DNA of 64,000 nucleotides from Calcarisporiella thermophila CBS 279.70 (Eukaryota; Fungi; Calcarisporiellomycota). The translations under genes and the position numbers were made by a program. Below the pieces are notes generated by a model that saw nothing but the letters and a program-made list of their open reading frames with translations, was not told the origin of the DNA and ran no database searches. Shown piece after piece: positions 1 to 15,373 of the stretch (position 1 is its first letter; each line of letters begins with the position of its first letter). The stretch lies in NCBI RefSeq assembly GCF_041956535.1, contig NW_027192198.1, forward strand, positions 854,940 to 918,939, given 5' to 3'.

Positions 1-625
1 CGGAGAATAATATTTTTTAGGAGATCCTTGAGCAGAAAAGAGATTAGTGATTTCTCTCTAACCCAAAGCTGATTTCTTCATTCTGGCCAGGTAAAAACTA
101 GTATGGCTAGATTTGATGATGACAATTCTGGTGGATCACCAGGGGCGCAGAAAGTAAGCCTAGCCGACACCCTTGACTATGGAACTAACCCAACTATAAG
201 GTTGAGAGGGCATAATAGAATTCACGAATCAGATTTAAATGGGCCACAAATAATCTCATCGTGGAGAAAATGAATTTGGTGTATTCTTAAAACAAGAGAT
301 TTTCCTGACTATTACTTTCTTAAAAGGAATTGGCGTATGCAAAAAAAAAAATAGCACTGACTTATATATTTGTGTTGTTAATAATTTATAAGTTCCTCGA
401 GAATTGTATCTATTGAAAAAGGCACGATTATGGCATTCGAAAAAAGTAATATAGACAAACTAAGCAGGTTTCATTGACCTATTTTGACATCACCTAACCG
501 TATAGAACCAACTTTTTCCTTTAAAAATACCACCAGAACATCTTCACAATCAGGCAGAAAGTTGGAGAAAAAAAATACTCTACTACTCTCTTTCCAGAAA
601 AATATTAAATAGATATTGCACTTCA

Positions 626-1274
626 ATGAATATCGTTCATTTTGAGGGAACACCACAATCTACTCCCGCAAAATTGCCCAAAATAACCACTTTGAATCCT
701 ATACACAACAAAAAGAACAGGAAACAGCGGTCATGTAAACTCTTCCCTTGTGACTACGACGACTGCACTCGCGTCTTCACCCGTAGCGAGCATCTTGAGC
801 GTCACCTCCGGTAAGCAAGCCTCTCTCTTCCATCCGCCCTAACCACAGATCCCCTCTCATCGAGTTTTCTCGGCCAAAAAGGAAGCACACCGGAGAAAAG
901 CCATACAGCTGCATCGTGCCAAACTGTCCACGCACCTTCAGCCGGTTCGACAATATGCTGCAGCACACGACCACGCATCACCGCAATCGAAAGCAATCCA
1001 TTTCGGTTACCACCCCCTTAATGTAAATAAAATTTCACCTTTGATTCCCTTCTGCTTCATCCCTCTTCCTTTGCATCCCTCACCCATTTCATATTCTCCT
1101 ATTAAAGTTGTTTAACTCCATACATATAGAATCATCTCATCTCCCTCCGCCATTACCGAACGACGAGGGCAACCACCGCTCCGCGTAAGCCCCTCCTTGC
1201 ATGTTTCACAACTTCTCTCTCTGCCTCCTACTGAACGGCATCTTCCCATTCCCGTGGTGTCTAATTATCACTAA
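626..1274 (+). CDS. C2H2 zinc-finger transcription factor, NsdC/Usv1-like, copy 1 (exons 626-810, 882-1022, 1130-1274)
   Basis: Spliced translation CDYDDCTRVFTRSEHLERHLR|KHTGEKPYSCIVPNCPRTFSRFDNMLQHTTTH gives two C2H2 fingers with a TGEKP linker. Exon 3 is in frame and ends LHVSQLLSLPPTERHLPIP. Confidence 0.88.
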
Positions 1275-1642
1275 TGGGTCTTCGTCAACAAATCTCGCAT
1301 ATGCTTGTATCACTATCACGAATTCTTATGTTGTATATTAAATTTTGAGTGACATATCATTACATTTTTGCATCATATTGCCAAATATGCGATGCTTTTG
1401 CCCCTATTTATTTTGGTTATACTCCACGTACTATACTATACTATACTCTCATATTCCTACGATATACAATAGGAAACATGCTTGGGGTTACTTTTACTGG
1501 TAATATGTGTCTCTATGAGACTTTGTTTGATTTTTCTCTTTATCACGTAGTTAAGATAAATGAATTGCTGAAATATGTGAAATGAATTTGTGTATAGTTA
1601 GGATTGATTCTTCTGATCCGCATCCAATTCTACCAAGATTTT

Positions 1643-2473
1643 CTGGACAGGGTAGGAAGGGAATAAAGAGACGCCGCATTGAGAGTAAATATTGTATTAG
1701 TCGTCTCTGACCATCGTGAAAGTTAAATTTATGCATTAACATTAACCTGTTTAGAACTCCTCCATAAGCTATTTCACTAGTGCTTGCGAATAACTTAGTA
1801 TTTAATGGCTAAGCAAGGAGCGCGGATGAAAAGCGCCCTAATACTCAGATAGGGGACAAAGGAGAATGATAAGGGGAGAATGAGTCCATTATTTAATGAT
1901 ATATACGTTAGTGCACGGTTAATTTCCATACTATCACCATTTAACTGTCATATCATAATATCCTTCACTTTTTCCAAACTCTTGGACTGGTTCTCGTTGG
2001 TCCCATTATCTCCTCCCTAGTAAAAAAAAAAATACGAGTTAGATAAGGGCAGAAGCACATAAGGCTCATCTCTTAAGAATGTAGACATTAGTAAGCGCCA
2101 AAAGTGAATACGTTGGTCCAGGTATTCTGCTAGGTGGATGTGAAAAGGTCATATTAATGACCTTTATAGCATGAGTATTCGGAGTGGGATTATGTTCATT
2201 GAAATATAGCTTCATTTCGATTGGAATCTCAAGAAGATACGGGAACTGGCGAAAGAAAAATTTGAGAGCCATTAGCCCGGACGACATCTTCGTCCCATAA
2301 CTCTCATCGGTAGGACTGGAACTGACACCAATATGAAAAATGCTATTGTTGCTCGCATTCGGAAAAGAAGGAAAAGGCCAATCATTATCCAGCCAATATC
2401 TAGCCATGTTGGGTCTATGGCGTGAGTTATACATAAGTTTAAAATTACAATCACTTTCCACGAATCGATACAT
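1643..2473 (-). pseudogene. Probable decayed spliced-gene fragment of unknown family in the first repeat spacer
   Basis: Minus-strand 135-aa ORF (2473-2066), an acceptor CTAAC..T-tract..TAG ending at 2017, and an intron-like GTTAAT..CTAAT..polyY-CAG at 1746-1643. The exon-like segments between them contain stops, and the segment has no counterpart in the second spacer. Confidence 0.35.
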
Positions 2474-3824
2474 ATTGATGTGTATAGCATTATATTCCAG
2501 TCAACAGGCAAATAGAGCATTATAGGGGAGAAATCAACTTTGCGGATGGATCGAGTGCAATGATCCAAACGGGGTGCTACTGCGACTATGGGGTAGAACC
2601 GTGTATTCGCCCTAGCTTCTTGAGGTAAACCACAGGGGGAAAATGTGGCCCGCTTTTTCTTGGGCCTTCATTTCGAGAAAGGCAGTCGCAGGAAAAAAAA
2701 TGATGCGAACCAAGGCTGCCACTGTTTCAACGGAATATCTCAGCCAGAAATTATGCTACAACGTCTGCATGAAGGGATTGGAGAGACCGGGTTTGCCGCG
2801 CGGTTTTTGGAGGGCCAGGAATGAACATTTTCTCTGAATCCACAGTTATATCTGATTCGAGAATCTCGAGTTCGCAGATATTCGGAGTAATTGCAGAACG
2901 AAGTGTATAACAAGGGCATGATAGCAAACTATTCAGATCGTAAGCCAAAAAAGGGGGTATCATAGGAGTTTAATACAAAATGATTCAGCTTTCTCCACCA
3001 ACATCACTCCGGTCGGTAATCGTTGGCTGCTATCGAATGCAGCTCTTGCAAACAATGCAGAACAATATTCCCTCATTTAACACGCTACTTTAGTCAGAGA
3101 CTTACCTCCCTGTCAGTGGCCAAAACTGAATTTACTAATAGTTTGAAAGAGTTTGAAAGGTAGAGGATAAAAGTTCTCACCCACTATCCTCAGTTAAATT
3201 TTGCTTATTGGCTTGGCAAAACAAGTATAGTCATGATTTTTTTGGAATGAAGACGGATTAATAGGAGTGGTATTAAAAGTGCATCATAGGGAGAGCGCGT
3301 GGAGCAAGCTATTCCGACTCCCTTGACTATGGAACCTAACTTCAAAGATGAGAGCATACAGAGGAACTTACTGATCGAGCTTGACTGGGCCACACTCAAC
3401 CTTTTTCGTGGAGAAAATGTGGTTGTTCTGGGGATACACATAAAACAAGAGATTCTCCAGACATTTTTTTTCTAAAGTTGTGATAGTATAGGAAAACAAG
3501 GCACTGGCATAAAAATCCGTTTAAATTATTAAAATTTCTCAAGGTCGCTTGGGAATAAAACCGATCCAAAAAGGCACTGCTGAGGATGCATTCGGTAGAA
3601 CTAAAGAAGATAGAAATGGGCGTGGCTGTGATACCGCGGTAGAAGCAGGTTTCACTGACCTATTTCTACATCACTTTCGTCTCAACTGCACTGGGTTGTC
3701 AATTTCCTTTAAAAATACCACGGGAGCAGCTTCCCGCTCGGGTAAAAAGCTGGATCGAAAGACTTCGCTTCTCTCTTCCAAGAAAAGACTATCCATTTAA
3801 AAGCACGCAACATATATGATTTCA

Positions 3825-4698
3825 ATGAACACAAATGATTTGGAGGCAACTCTACAATCGATTCCCGCAAAATTGCCCAAAATGACCACCTCGCTGCCAA
3901 GTTCGTCGCAAGATCAAAGGAAGCGGGGACGGAAATCGGGAAAGATCTTCCCTTGCAATTACGACGACTGCACTCGTGTCTTCACCCGTAGCGAGCATCT
4001 TGAGCGTCACTTCCGGTAAGCCAACCTCTCTCTCTTCCATCCGTTCTATTCACAAACCCCATCCCTCATCGAGTTTTCTCGGCCAAAAAGGAAGCACACC
4101 GGAGAAAAGCCATACAGCTGCATCGTGCCAAACTGTCCACGCACCTTCAGCCGGTTCGACAATATGCTGCAGCACACGACCACGCACCACCGCAATCGAA
4201 AGCAATCCATTTCGGCTCCCGCTCCAATGTAATTTGTGTTTGGCCCTTTGTTTTTCAATCTATTTCACAGTTATAATTTTGAATTAACCCTATTCATATA
4301 GAAACGATCCGCTCCCTCCACCACCACTACCTCCCCCTCCTCCTCCTACCATTGCCGAACGGCGAGCTCAACCTCCCATCAAATTAGATCCCTTTGACAC
4401 AGAGCCCCGTTTCGGGTGGGATCGTTTTATGGAGATGGGTGCGCATACCGCTCCCATAAAGATACGAAAAGATACCGAAATTTACAGCTATTCGCCTTGT
4501 TTTTCGTCTGTCCTTTTTGCTCGAAGGAAAGTGCACTCCCAGCATCCTTTTGTTTCCCCCATTTTCTCTCAGTACTCGCCACAATATCCATTCCCGCCCT
4601 CCCACTCACCTGATGAACGTCCCTTTCATGTTTCTCAGCTACTCTCTCTACCTCCTACCCAGCGCCATCTCCCTTTTCCCGAGATTCGTGATGATTAG
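3825..4698 (+). CDS. C2H2 zinc-finger transcription factor, NsdC/Usv1-like, copy 2 (exons 3825-4015, 4092-4228, 4302-4698; alternative ATG at 3816)
   Basis: Same two-finger domain and intron phases as copy 1. Exon 3 reads NDPLPPPPLPPPPPPTIAERRAQPP...FHVSQLLSLPPTQRHLPFP. Confidence 0.9.
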
Positions 4699-6591
4699 TT
4701 TTCTCTAATGAACCTCTTTCAACTAGCCTTGCATATTCTAGTATTGCGATTTACTAGGATTGTATATGCCATTTTTCTGGTGTTTCAGCTTATACTTTTG
4801 TATCATTTTACCAAAAGACAAACTCTTTATCACCATTTGGGCTGTGATTTGATATTAGACTCGCTGATATTATTCTTACGTTTTTGGGATATTCTATATG
4901 CTATATTTTTTATGCTCCAAATATATTATAGGTATGGTTGAGATCATCTTTCCTGGTAATATATTCGATCTGCACTATATTTTTCTGTCGATATTTCTCT
5001 TTGTCACCATTACTGTCATATACATGGAATAGATGATGACTGAAATAAAAAATGTAAAATGAACTTGTTAGACACCAAGGCTGATTCTTCTGATCCGTAA
5101 TTAATGATGCCAAGGTTTGGCGGGGAGTCAATAATGGAACAGAGAACTTGGCAAGTAAAGTAACATAAGGATATTGTCTGGGGAGTTTACTAGAATAGCT
5201 TACACTATCATCATCACAAGTACGAGCGTGAACGACAGTGAATTCATTTGTCTAAAGCCGCAGGAAACAACCCAGTTTATAGGAGAATTTGAAGGCGAAT
5301 CTGATCTATGGCTGCTACTTTTTTGAGTATTTCTCTACAGTGGAGCGAGGTTTTTTTCGCGACAAAGGGGGAGAAGTCGACGTTGCGGATGGATCCAATG
5401 CAATGATCCAAGCGGGGTGCTATTGCATTTATGCGGTTGAGCGGGTTGCTCTCCCTAACTACTAGAGGTAAGACACAGGGGAAAATATGGTCCGCTTGTA
5501 CTTGGGCCTTCATAACCTTCACAATGCAGGAAAAAAAATTGATGCGAACCAAGTCTGCCACTGTTTCAACGGAGGATCTCAGTCAGAAATTATGCTACAG
5601 CGTCTGCATGAAGGGATTGGGGGAACCAAGTTTTGCCGCACGGTGTTTAGAGAACCAAATAGAGCATTGAAACCATGGAGATTTCATCTCGCAGATATTT
5701 GGGGAGTACTTGCAGAATGGCGTTTTGGAGAGCTGTGATTGCGTCCTAGGTCAAACATAGGTGTATAACAAGGAGCATAAAAGCAACCTGCTCGGAGAAT
5801 AAAATAAGGAGAGAGAGCCATAGTTTTATACGAGCTTTCTCCACCGACATCACTAAGGTTTGCAATCACGGGCTGCCATGGAGAGTGACTCTTGCAAAGA
5901 ATCAATGCAGAACCATATTCTTCCGATTGACTCGCAACTTTAGTCAGATAATTGCCTCCAAGGAGGTGGCCAAGATATTCTCGTGGTTTGGAAGACGTTA
6001 AGCCGAACTGTGGAATACGGAGGATCGTACCCAGTGGCCTCAGTTAATATGCCCTTTTCTTGACCTCAGTCTGAATGTGCAAAACAAGTGAGGTGGATAT
6101 TGGGATCTAAGTGGATCATAGCAGCGCTAAAGATTGATTCGACTACTTTACGCGACTTTGAGGTTCAACTTCAATCTCGAGACGGTACAGAGATACTCAC
6201 CAATCAAGCTTCCAGATGTATCATTATTAAAAATTCAAAAATACTTCAGACTTGCACTATCTAAAATAGTAGCTGCGAAAGAAAAAAAAAGATATGAATT
6301 AAATTTATATTTATTGATCTTTCCTGATAATTGACTCGGGAGTAAAACCGATCAAAGAAGGCGCTTATGAAGATGGTATTCAATGGACCTAATGAAGACA
6401 AAATAGAGTGTGGCTCTGATACCGCTGAGAGTGCGGGTTTCACCGATCTATTTCAGTTTCTGTCTATTTAACTGCACCAGACATTTCATTTCCCGTAAAA
6501 CACCACGGGAACAGTTTTGCGCTCGGGGTAGACAATTGAATCGAAAGACTTCGCTTCTCTCTTCCAAGAAAAAGCTATATATAGGATTGCA

Positions 6592-7472
6592 ATGAACACA
6601 AATGATGTGGAAGCAACTCTACAATCTATTCCCGCAAAATTACCCAAAATGACCACCTCGCTGCCAAGTTCGTCGCAAGATCAAAGGAAGCGGGGACGGA
6701 AATCGGGAAAGATCTTCCCTTGCAATTACGACGACTGCACTTGCGTCTTCACCCGTAGCGAGCATCTTGAGCGTCACTTCCGGTAAGCCAACCTCTCTCT
6801 CTTCCATCCGTCCTAACCACAGATCCCCCTCATCGAGTTTTCTCGGCCAAAAAGGAAGCACACCGGAGAAAAGCCATACAGCTGCATCGTGCCAAACTGT
6901 CCACGCACCTTCAGCCGGTTCGACAATATGCTGCAGCACACGACCACGCACCACCGCAATCGAAAGCAATCCATTTCGGCTCCCAATCCCTCGATGTAAG
7001 CAAAGTTTTACCTTTGATTCCCCTCTGCTTCTTCCCACTTCTTTTGTATCCGTCCTTCATTTCATATTATCCTATTACACTTGTTTAACTCCATCCACAT
7101 AGGACCAACCCACCCCCACTTACCATTGCCGAACGACGGGCTCAGCCTCCCCTCCGCCTAAATCCCTCCAACATCATGTCTGACTTTGGAAGAGGCCAGT
7201 TCGTAAGAATGGATGTACACACCGCCCCGATAGGGATCCTACAGGGTACCGAGTACTGTGATTATTCGCCTTATTTTTCGTCCACCTTTTTCGCTCGAAA
7301 GGAAGCCCACCGTGAGCATCCTCTAGTTTCACCTCCCTTCTCCCAGTGCTCGCCACAAGATTCGTTCTCGTCATCACGCTCCTCTGCTGGGCTTCCCTTA
7401 CATGTATCCCAGCTTCTTTCTCTGCCTCCTACAGAACGTCATCTTCCTATACCCGAGCTTCATAGCGACTGA
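6592..7472 (+). CDS. C2H2 zinc-finger transcription factor, NsdC/Usv1-like, copy 3 (exons 6592-6782, 6855-6995, 7103-7472)
   Basis: Same fingers with one R->C change in finger 1. Exon 3 is in frame: TIAERRAQPPLR...LHVSQLLSLPPTERHLPIP. Confidence 0.9.
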
Positions 7473-8670
7473 TTCTCTCTAATGCCTCGTCATCACCCAA
7501 TCCAGCGAGTGCAAATTTTAATCCCATCCTACTGGTTTACGGCGTTGCGTGTGCTGTATTCCTGGGAGAAAATTTCCCCTTAATCTAGGTCTTTACTGGG
7601 TTATTCTATTTATTATACTCCTGTATTATATTTTCACGCCCGAAATACATAGCGCATATACGAGGTTGGAGCTGTATGTCTTGGTAATTTTAGTATTTAC
7701 ACTGGAAAGTCTTCCGTTGGTATTTCTTTCTTTGTCATGGTCAATATGCATACTGCAAAAGGGAAAAATAGAATGCTGACTGAATAATGGGATGAGTTTG
7801 AAAACGGCCATAGGTTCCCACATTTGGATCTCAGTTAATCTTGTGCCTGATTGGCTGGCATGCCAACGTGTTTGTTTGGAGGCAAATGTTTGGTCAAGCG
7901 ACCTTGAGCAACGCGAAGATGGCCACATTGAGTTCCGAGTTGATCCAACATTCTTTCACAAGCCACTTCGCGGTAACTTGTGCGTGGCTTTAACCCTCGG
8001 CAGCTAAGCTTAGGGCCGGAGAAGGGCTGCCCAACTCTCGAGGCAAGGGGCAGAGCAAAGGCGGGCCAAGGCATCGAGGGGCGATGTGGGGCGCGCTCTC
8101 TTTGAAAAGAGGAGAGCATGCCGCCGAGGGCGAGTTTCATTGGCACGGCCCGCTGGATTAGCCCTAAAGTCCTCTCTATCGGAGAACCCATAGTAAGGCG
8201 GGATGGGTGGAGAGGGCGGGGGGAAGCGGTTTTGGGCCCAGCGGCCTCCGACATTATAGTTCAAGCAACTAAGCGCCTCCTTGGATGCCGTGTTCATGTG
8301 TAAAACGGGCATCTCTTGGCTCCAGCTCAATCTGCAGAGTTAGGACAACCAAACCCAACGATCAGCTCTCCTGACCCCACGAGGGCAGCCTGTGTTCCAA
8401 ATGTGAAATTGATGGACGGTTACTCAGACTCTGATTCGTCCCGGTCGATTTCCTCCCTATTAACTCAGCTCTCGGCTATTCTCCCCTTCCCGGCCCTTTT
8501 AAAAGGCGGCCCAGTTCCCCTTGCCTCTCTCCCATTCTCTTGTAGACACTCATCCCCTATTGCCCCCAGGGCCCAGCTCTAGCCACTCCTACTTCTCGCC
8601 ATTTCATCTTATTGTCCCCGTGCCCTTGTTTACATATCGCTCACCTTTCTTTTACACAAGCACCCTTTCC

Positions 8671-10391
8671 ATGGCTGAAGAGAAGGTAGAATTCGGGGTA
8701 TCTAGCGTCAACGGCTTCAACGACCACCAGGCGGTGGTCCAGCTGGGAGAAAGACGTCGGGCGGCTCTTGCCGAGATCGACAATGCCAAGTTCGGATGGT
8801 ATTTATACTGAAGCTTGGGCTTTGTCCCTTCGTGCAGCTTTACTAATGCTCTCCTCGTTTTTTTTTTTCTGTCTTGGTGCAAAGGTTCCATATCCGTGCC
8901 TGCATTGTATCCGGCATCGGATTCTTCACGGACTCCTTCGATCTGTTTGCCATCAACTTGGCTAGTTTGATGCTTGGCTGGACCTACTTCCAGGCCAATG
9001 GCAACACACTCCCCACCAACGTCGACACTGCCATCAAGGTTTCCGCCTCCGTCGGCACCATGGTGGGCCAGTTCCTGTTTGGCTGGCTTGCGGACCGCGT
9101 CGGGCGTAAGCGTATGTACGGTGTCGAGCTTATGATCATCATCATTGCCACCATCGGGCAGGCACTTGCTGGCGACTCCTTCTCAATCTCCGTCTGGGGC
9201 ATCATCACCTTCTGGCGAGTGATCCTCGGTATCGGCATTGGCGGCGACTATCCCCTTTCCGCCGTTATCACGTCTGAGTTTGCCACTACCCGCCACCGTG
9301 GAGCTATGATGGCTGCCGTGTTTGCCATGCAAGGATTCGGTATTCTTACCGCCTCCGTGCTCTCCGTCATCATTTTGGCCTGCTACCAGAGCGAGATCGT
9401 CACGGTCCCCCCCAACCGGGTGGCACTTGACCAGTGCTGGCGTATTCTTATTGGACTTGGTGCCGTGCCCGCTATTGCCGCGCTCTACTTCCGCCTGACC
9501 ATTCCCGAGACCCCGCGCTACACCATGGATATTGAGAAGAAGATCACCAAGGGAGCCAAGGATGCCACTGCTTTCCTTTCGCGCGGAGCCGCCTCTGGCG
9601 ACTATAACGACGGCGACTTGGTGGAGCAATCGGAAGTCCCTAAAGCCTCCATCTCGGATTTCCTCAACTACTTCGGCAAATGGGAGAACGGCAAGGTCCT
9701 TCTTGGCACGGCCTCCACCTGGTTCCTTCTGGACATCGCATTCTACGGCATGGGTCTGAACAACGGCTTTGTGCTCGAGGCCATCGGTTTCTCGTCCAAG
9801 GACAACGCCTACACCGCGCTCTTCCAGGCCTCGGTGGGCAACATCATCATCAACCTGCTCGGCACCGTGCCCGGCTACTGGATCACCGTCTTCACCATCG
9901 AACGCCTGGGTCGCAAAACAATTCAGCTCCTTGGTTTCGCCGCCCTCACCGTCATCTACATTTCCATGGGCGCCGCGTTCCACCAGCTCAAGCAGGCCAG
10001 CATTCCTGGGTTTATTGTGCTCTTCACTCTGGCACAGCTCTTCACCAACTTTGGCCCCAACTCGACGACGTTCATCGTACCGGGCGAGGTCTTCCCAACT
10101 CGCTACCGCTCCACCGGCCACGGTATCTCCGCTGCCTTTGGTAAGCTGGGTGCCATCGTGGCCCAGATCGGGTTCAGCCAGTTGAAGGACATTGGTGGCA
10201 AGAACGCCTTCATCGACAAACTGCTGATCATCTTCGGTGTGATCATGTTCCTTGGTTTGTTGTGCACCTTCCTTATCCCTGAGACGAAGGGCCGGTCGCT
10301 CGAGGATCTATCCAATGAGGGCCAGGACAATTTTGTGCATCAGTCGACCACTCGTAAGCTTTCTGCCTCTGAAGGCGCCGAGGATGTCTAG
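8671..10391 (+). CDS. PHO84: High-affinity phosphate:H+ symporter (MFS); intron 8799-8884
   Basis: RRAALAEIDNAKFGWFHIRA, GWLADRVGRKRMYG, GIGGDYPLSAVITSE and NFGPNSTTFIVPGEVFPTRYRSTGHGISAA are PHS-family signatures. Confidence 0.96.
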
Positions 10392-12250
10392 AAGATTGAA
10401 CCTTATTCCCACTCTGCTATACCATATCTCTCTCTCCTCTGCTTACTATTTCGCGCATAGATGGTTTATACATATTTATATTAATACCTGGCTTTAAAAA
10501 ATGATTTCATTGTAGATGGACTATTTTCTAATTAATGGTTATTTATTTCTTTCATGATATTAGTTTGTTTATTCTGCTTTCTCTTACTTTCTTGTAATTC
10601 CAAAAAAATGTTTATATACTTCGTTTTTCTTCTTCTATAAATAATCCCTCCTTTTGCTCTAGAAAACTAAAATCCCAATTATTAGATGTCGCTTGCCCTT
10701 GTGCTTATGCGATGAGTCCAGATTATAAAGATTAAACAGAAACTTAGACAAACCCATCTACCCACCCCCATGTAAAGAGGGGAAACCAAAAACAAGCTTG
10801 GCTAAATATACTATCCAAGTAATTCTTTCGACACACTCTATCAGTTGAGCTACTAGCTTGATCTTTTTTTTTGGTGGAAAGAAAGAACCCGTCCCCGGTT
10901 GTTCAGAAACGGCTCAGGCGACGTCACCGTGAATGCCATGTGTGTCTTGGGGCCAAAAGTCTCCTCACCGGCTTGCTGTTTTCCGATGGTAAAGAGTTTA
11001 AAGAAGAAGCTTACGCTTAAAGAGGCCGTGCATACTATTGCGTCAGTTCCTCTGCCTGCTGCATATCTGAGAAGAAATGGAAAAAACAGAAGAGGTGAAA
11101 CTCAAAGGCTTAAAGCCATTTAAGAATCGGGAATATTTTTGGTGGCCAACCAGAACGGAGTCACGCGATTTGTTTGGCCGCATAAAGGTTTCCCATCAGC
11201 AAAACTAGTACAAAACGATTCCAAGATTTTGTATATAAGAGGGGAAGGAGAGAGGATGACGCTTGGCTTTGCATCACTTCCGTTCCTTACGCCTTCCTTT
11301 CTTCTCATATTCCTCCCCTAAATTTACCTCCCTACTTATCCCTTCCTCTATATCGCCCTTGGTCTATCCTATACCCTGTCCTCCTTTCTTTCCGCTCCTC
11401 CGTCAAGTTCGTGGACCCCCGTTCGCCAACCCACTCCCCCCTCCCCCCGCATACCAGTTGAGCTCGAGGAGGAGAAGAGGGGGGGGGGGAGAGGGAGCGG
11501 GAGAGGGGGGAGAAGGGAGGAAGGGTTTCCCCCTTTCCTCACCTTTTTTTCTCGTATCGGCTCTCTATTAGTTTTACCATATTACTATATTCTCCAATCT
11601 TCTATTCCTAAATCCAGCATATCATTCGTTTTTATCTATTCTCCCTCTTTATATTTTCCAATATTTATTCCAACCTACCTGGTATAACCACTGCCCCTCC
11701 TTTCGATAACGAAAAAAAATCGAAGCGTGCGGTATTTTTTCCCCCCCTCCCAAAGTCTGTGTTTTCTCATATTCATTTCCTCAAAGAATTTCTACTTCAA
11801 TCTTTTCATTACTTATGGTGTTTTTCTTCCAATGGGGTTTATATTCAGAAATAATGCTATTATTTCCTCTCGTTTAGTCCTTACTATGTCTTACCAAATG
11901 GCCAAGGATGACTGGCCCCTTTCTAATATTACGTGGCTAAAGATGAATATAACAAAGATAGTATATTAGTCCCTTGTTTTCATTCTCCTCCACGAACATA
12001 CGATGTGTGGACTTTGAATTTGTCCGATGGGTCGAAAGCCCGCCTCCAAATCGCCTTGAGAATTAACTTATGACAAAATATGAGATTTTTTGATCAAGGC
12101 CTGAAGATAAGAGACTGCGCCGCCTCCACAGTCGCACAAGACGAGGTGGTTTATATCACCTCGAGAAGATATTGCGATTTTTTTTTTGTTTATCGCGCAT
12201 TCTCCATTCTTTTACCCTAGATCATAAACAGCGTCATTTAAATCCAAAAC

Positions 12251-15059
<2,809 letters not shown>

Positions 15060-15373
15060 AGAACCCCAAAATTTTTCTAGTTTAATTGGCATTACGCAAA
15101 AACTATTAAATTACGAGATGAAGTAGGGCGAGTTGAAAAAAATATGATAGACAATTTTTTTAATATACTGTAATTTTTAAGGCTTCCTTTGAAGAGAGGG
15201 AAAAGAAGATACATGCTGAGCCTCTCTACCACCACGGGAAAATAAGCAAATTGAATGGTTTCTATTTCTATGTTATATTGATGATCCAAGCCACATAGTC
15301 GCATTGAATAGAGGTCGTAAGTGAGAAAAGATAAAAAAAGTTTGGTTCCAAGAGTTAAAAATCTATATTCTTA

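Larger units (their letters stand above)
1..7830. repeat. Tandem segmental triplication (~2.8-3.2 kb unit) carrying a C2H2 zinc-finger gene; the first unit is cut by the window edge
   Basis: Homologous ATGs at 626, 3825 and 6592. Shared flank blocks include ccttgactatggaac (~171 and ~3321), 2520-3200 vs 5360-6060, gattcttctgatccg (~1606 and ~5083) and aagacttcgcttctctcttccaagaaaa (~3759 and ~6546). Confidence 0.93.

Noticed and set aside
1021-1026. ATG-TAA stop at the intron-2 donor in all three ZF copies, read as a regulated truncated isoform
   Set aside because: Any phase-2 GTAA donor creates an in-frame TAA, so it is expected without selection.
7900-8670. Pho4-type CACGTG sites upstream of PHO84
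   Set aside because: No exact CACGTG or CACGTT seen in this interval, so no regulatory call was made.
9183-10121. 312-aa minus-strand ORF and other long overlapping ORFs (e.g. 54186-55181, 53978-55027, 44558-45316)
   Set aside because: Antisense or alternate-frame shadows of GC-rich or low-complexity genes; no recognisable motifs.
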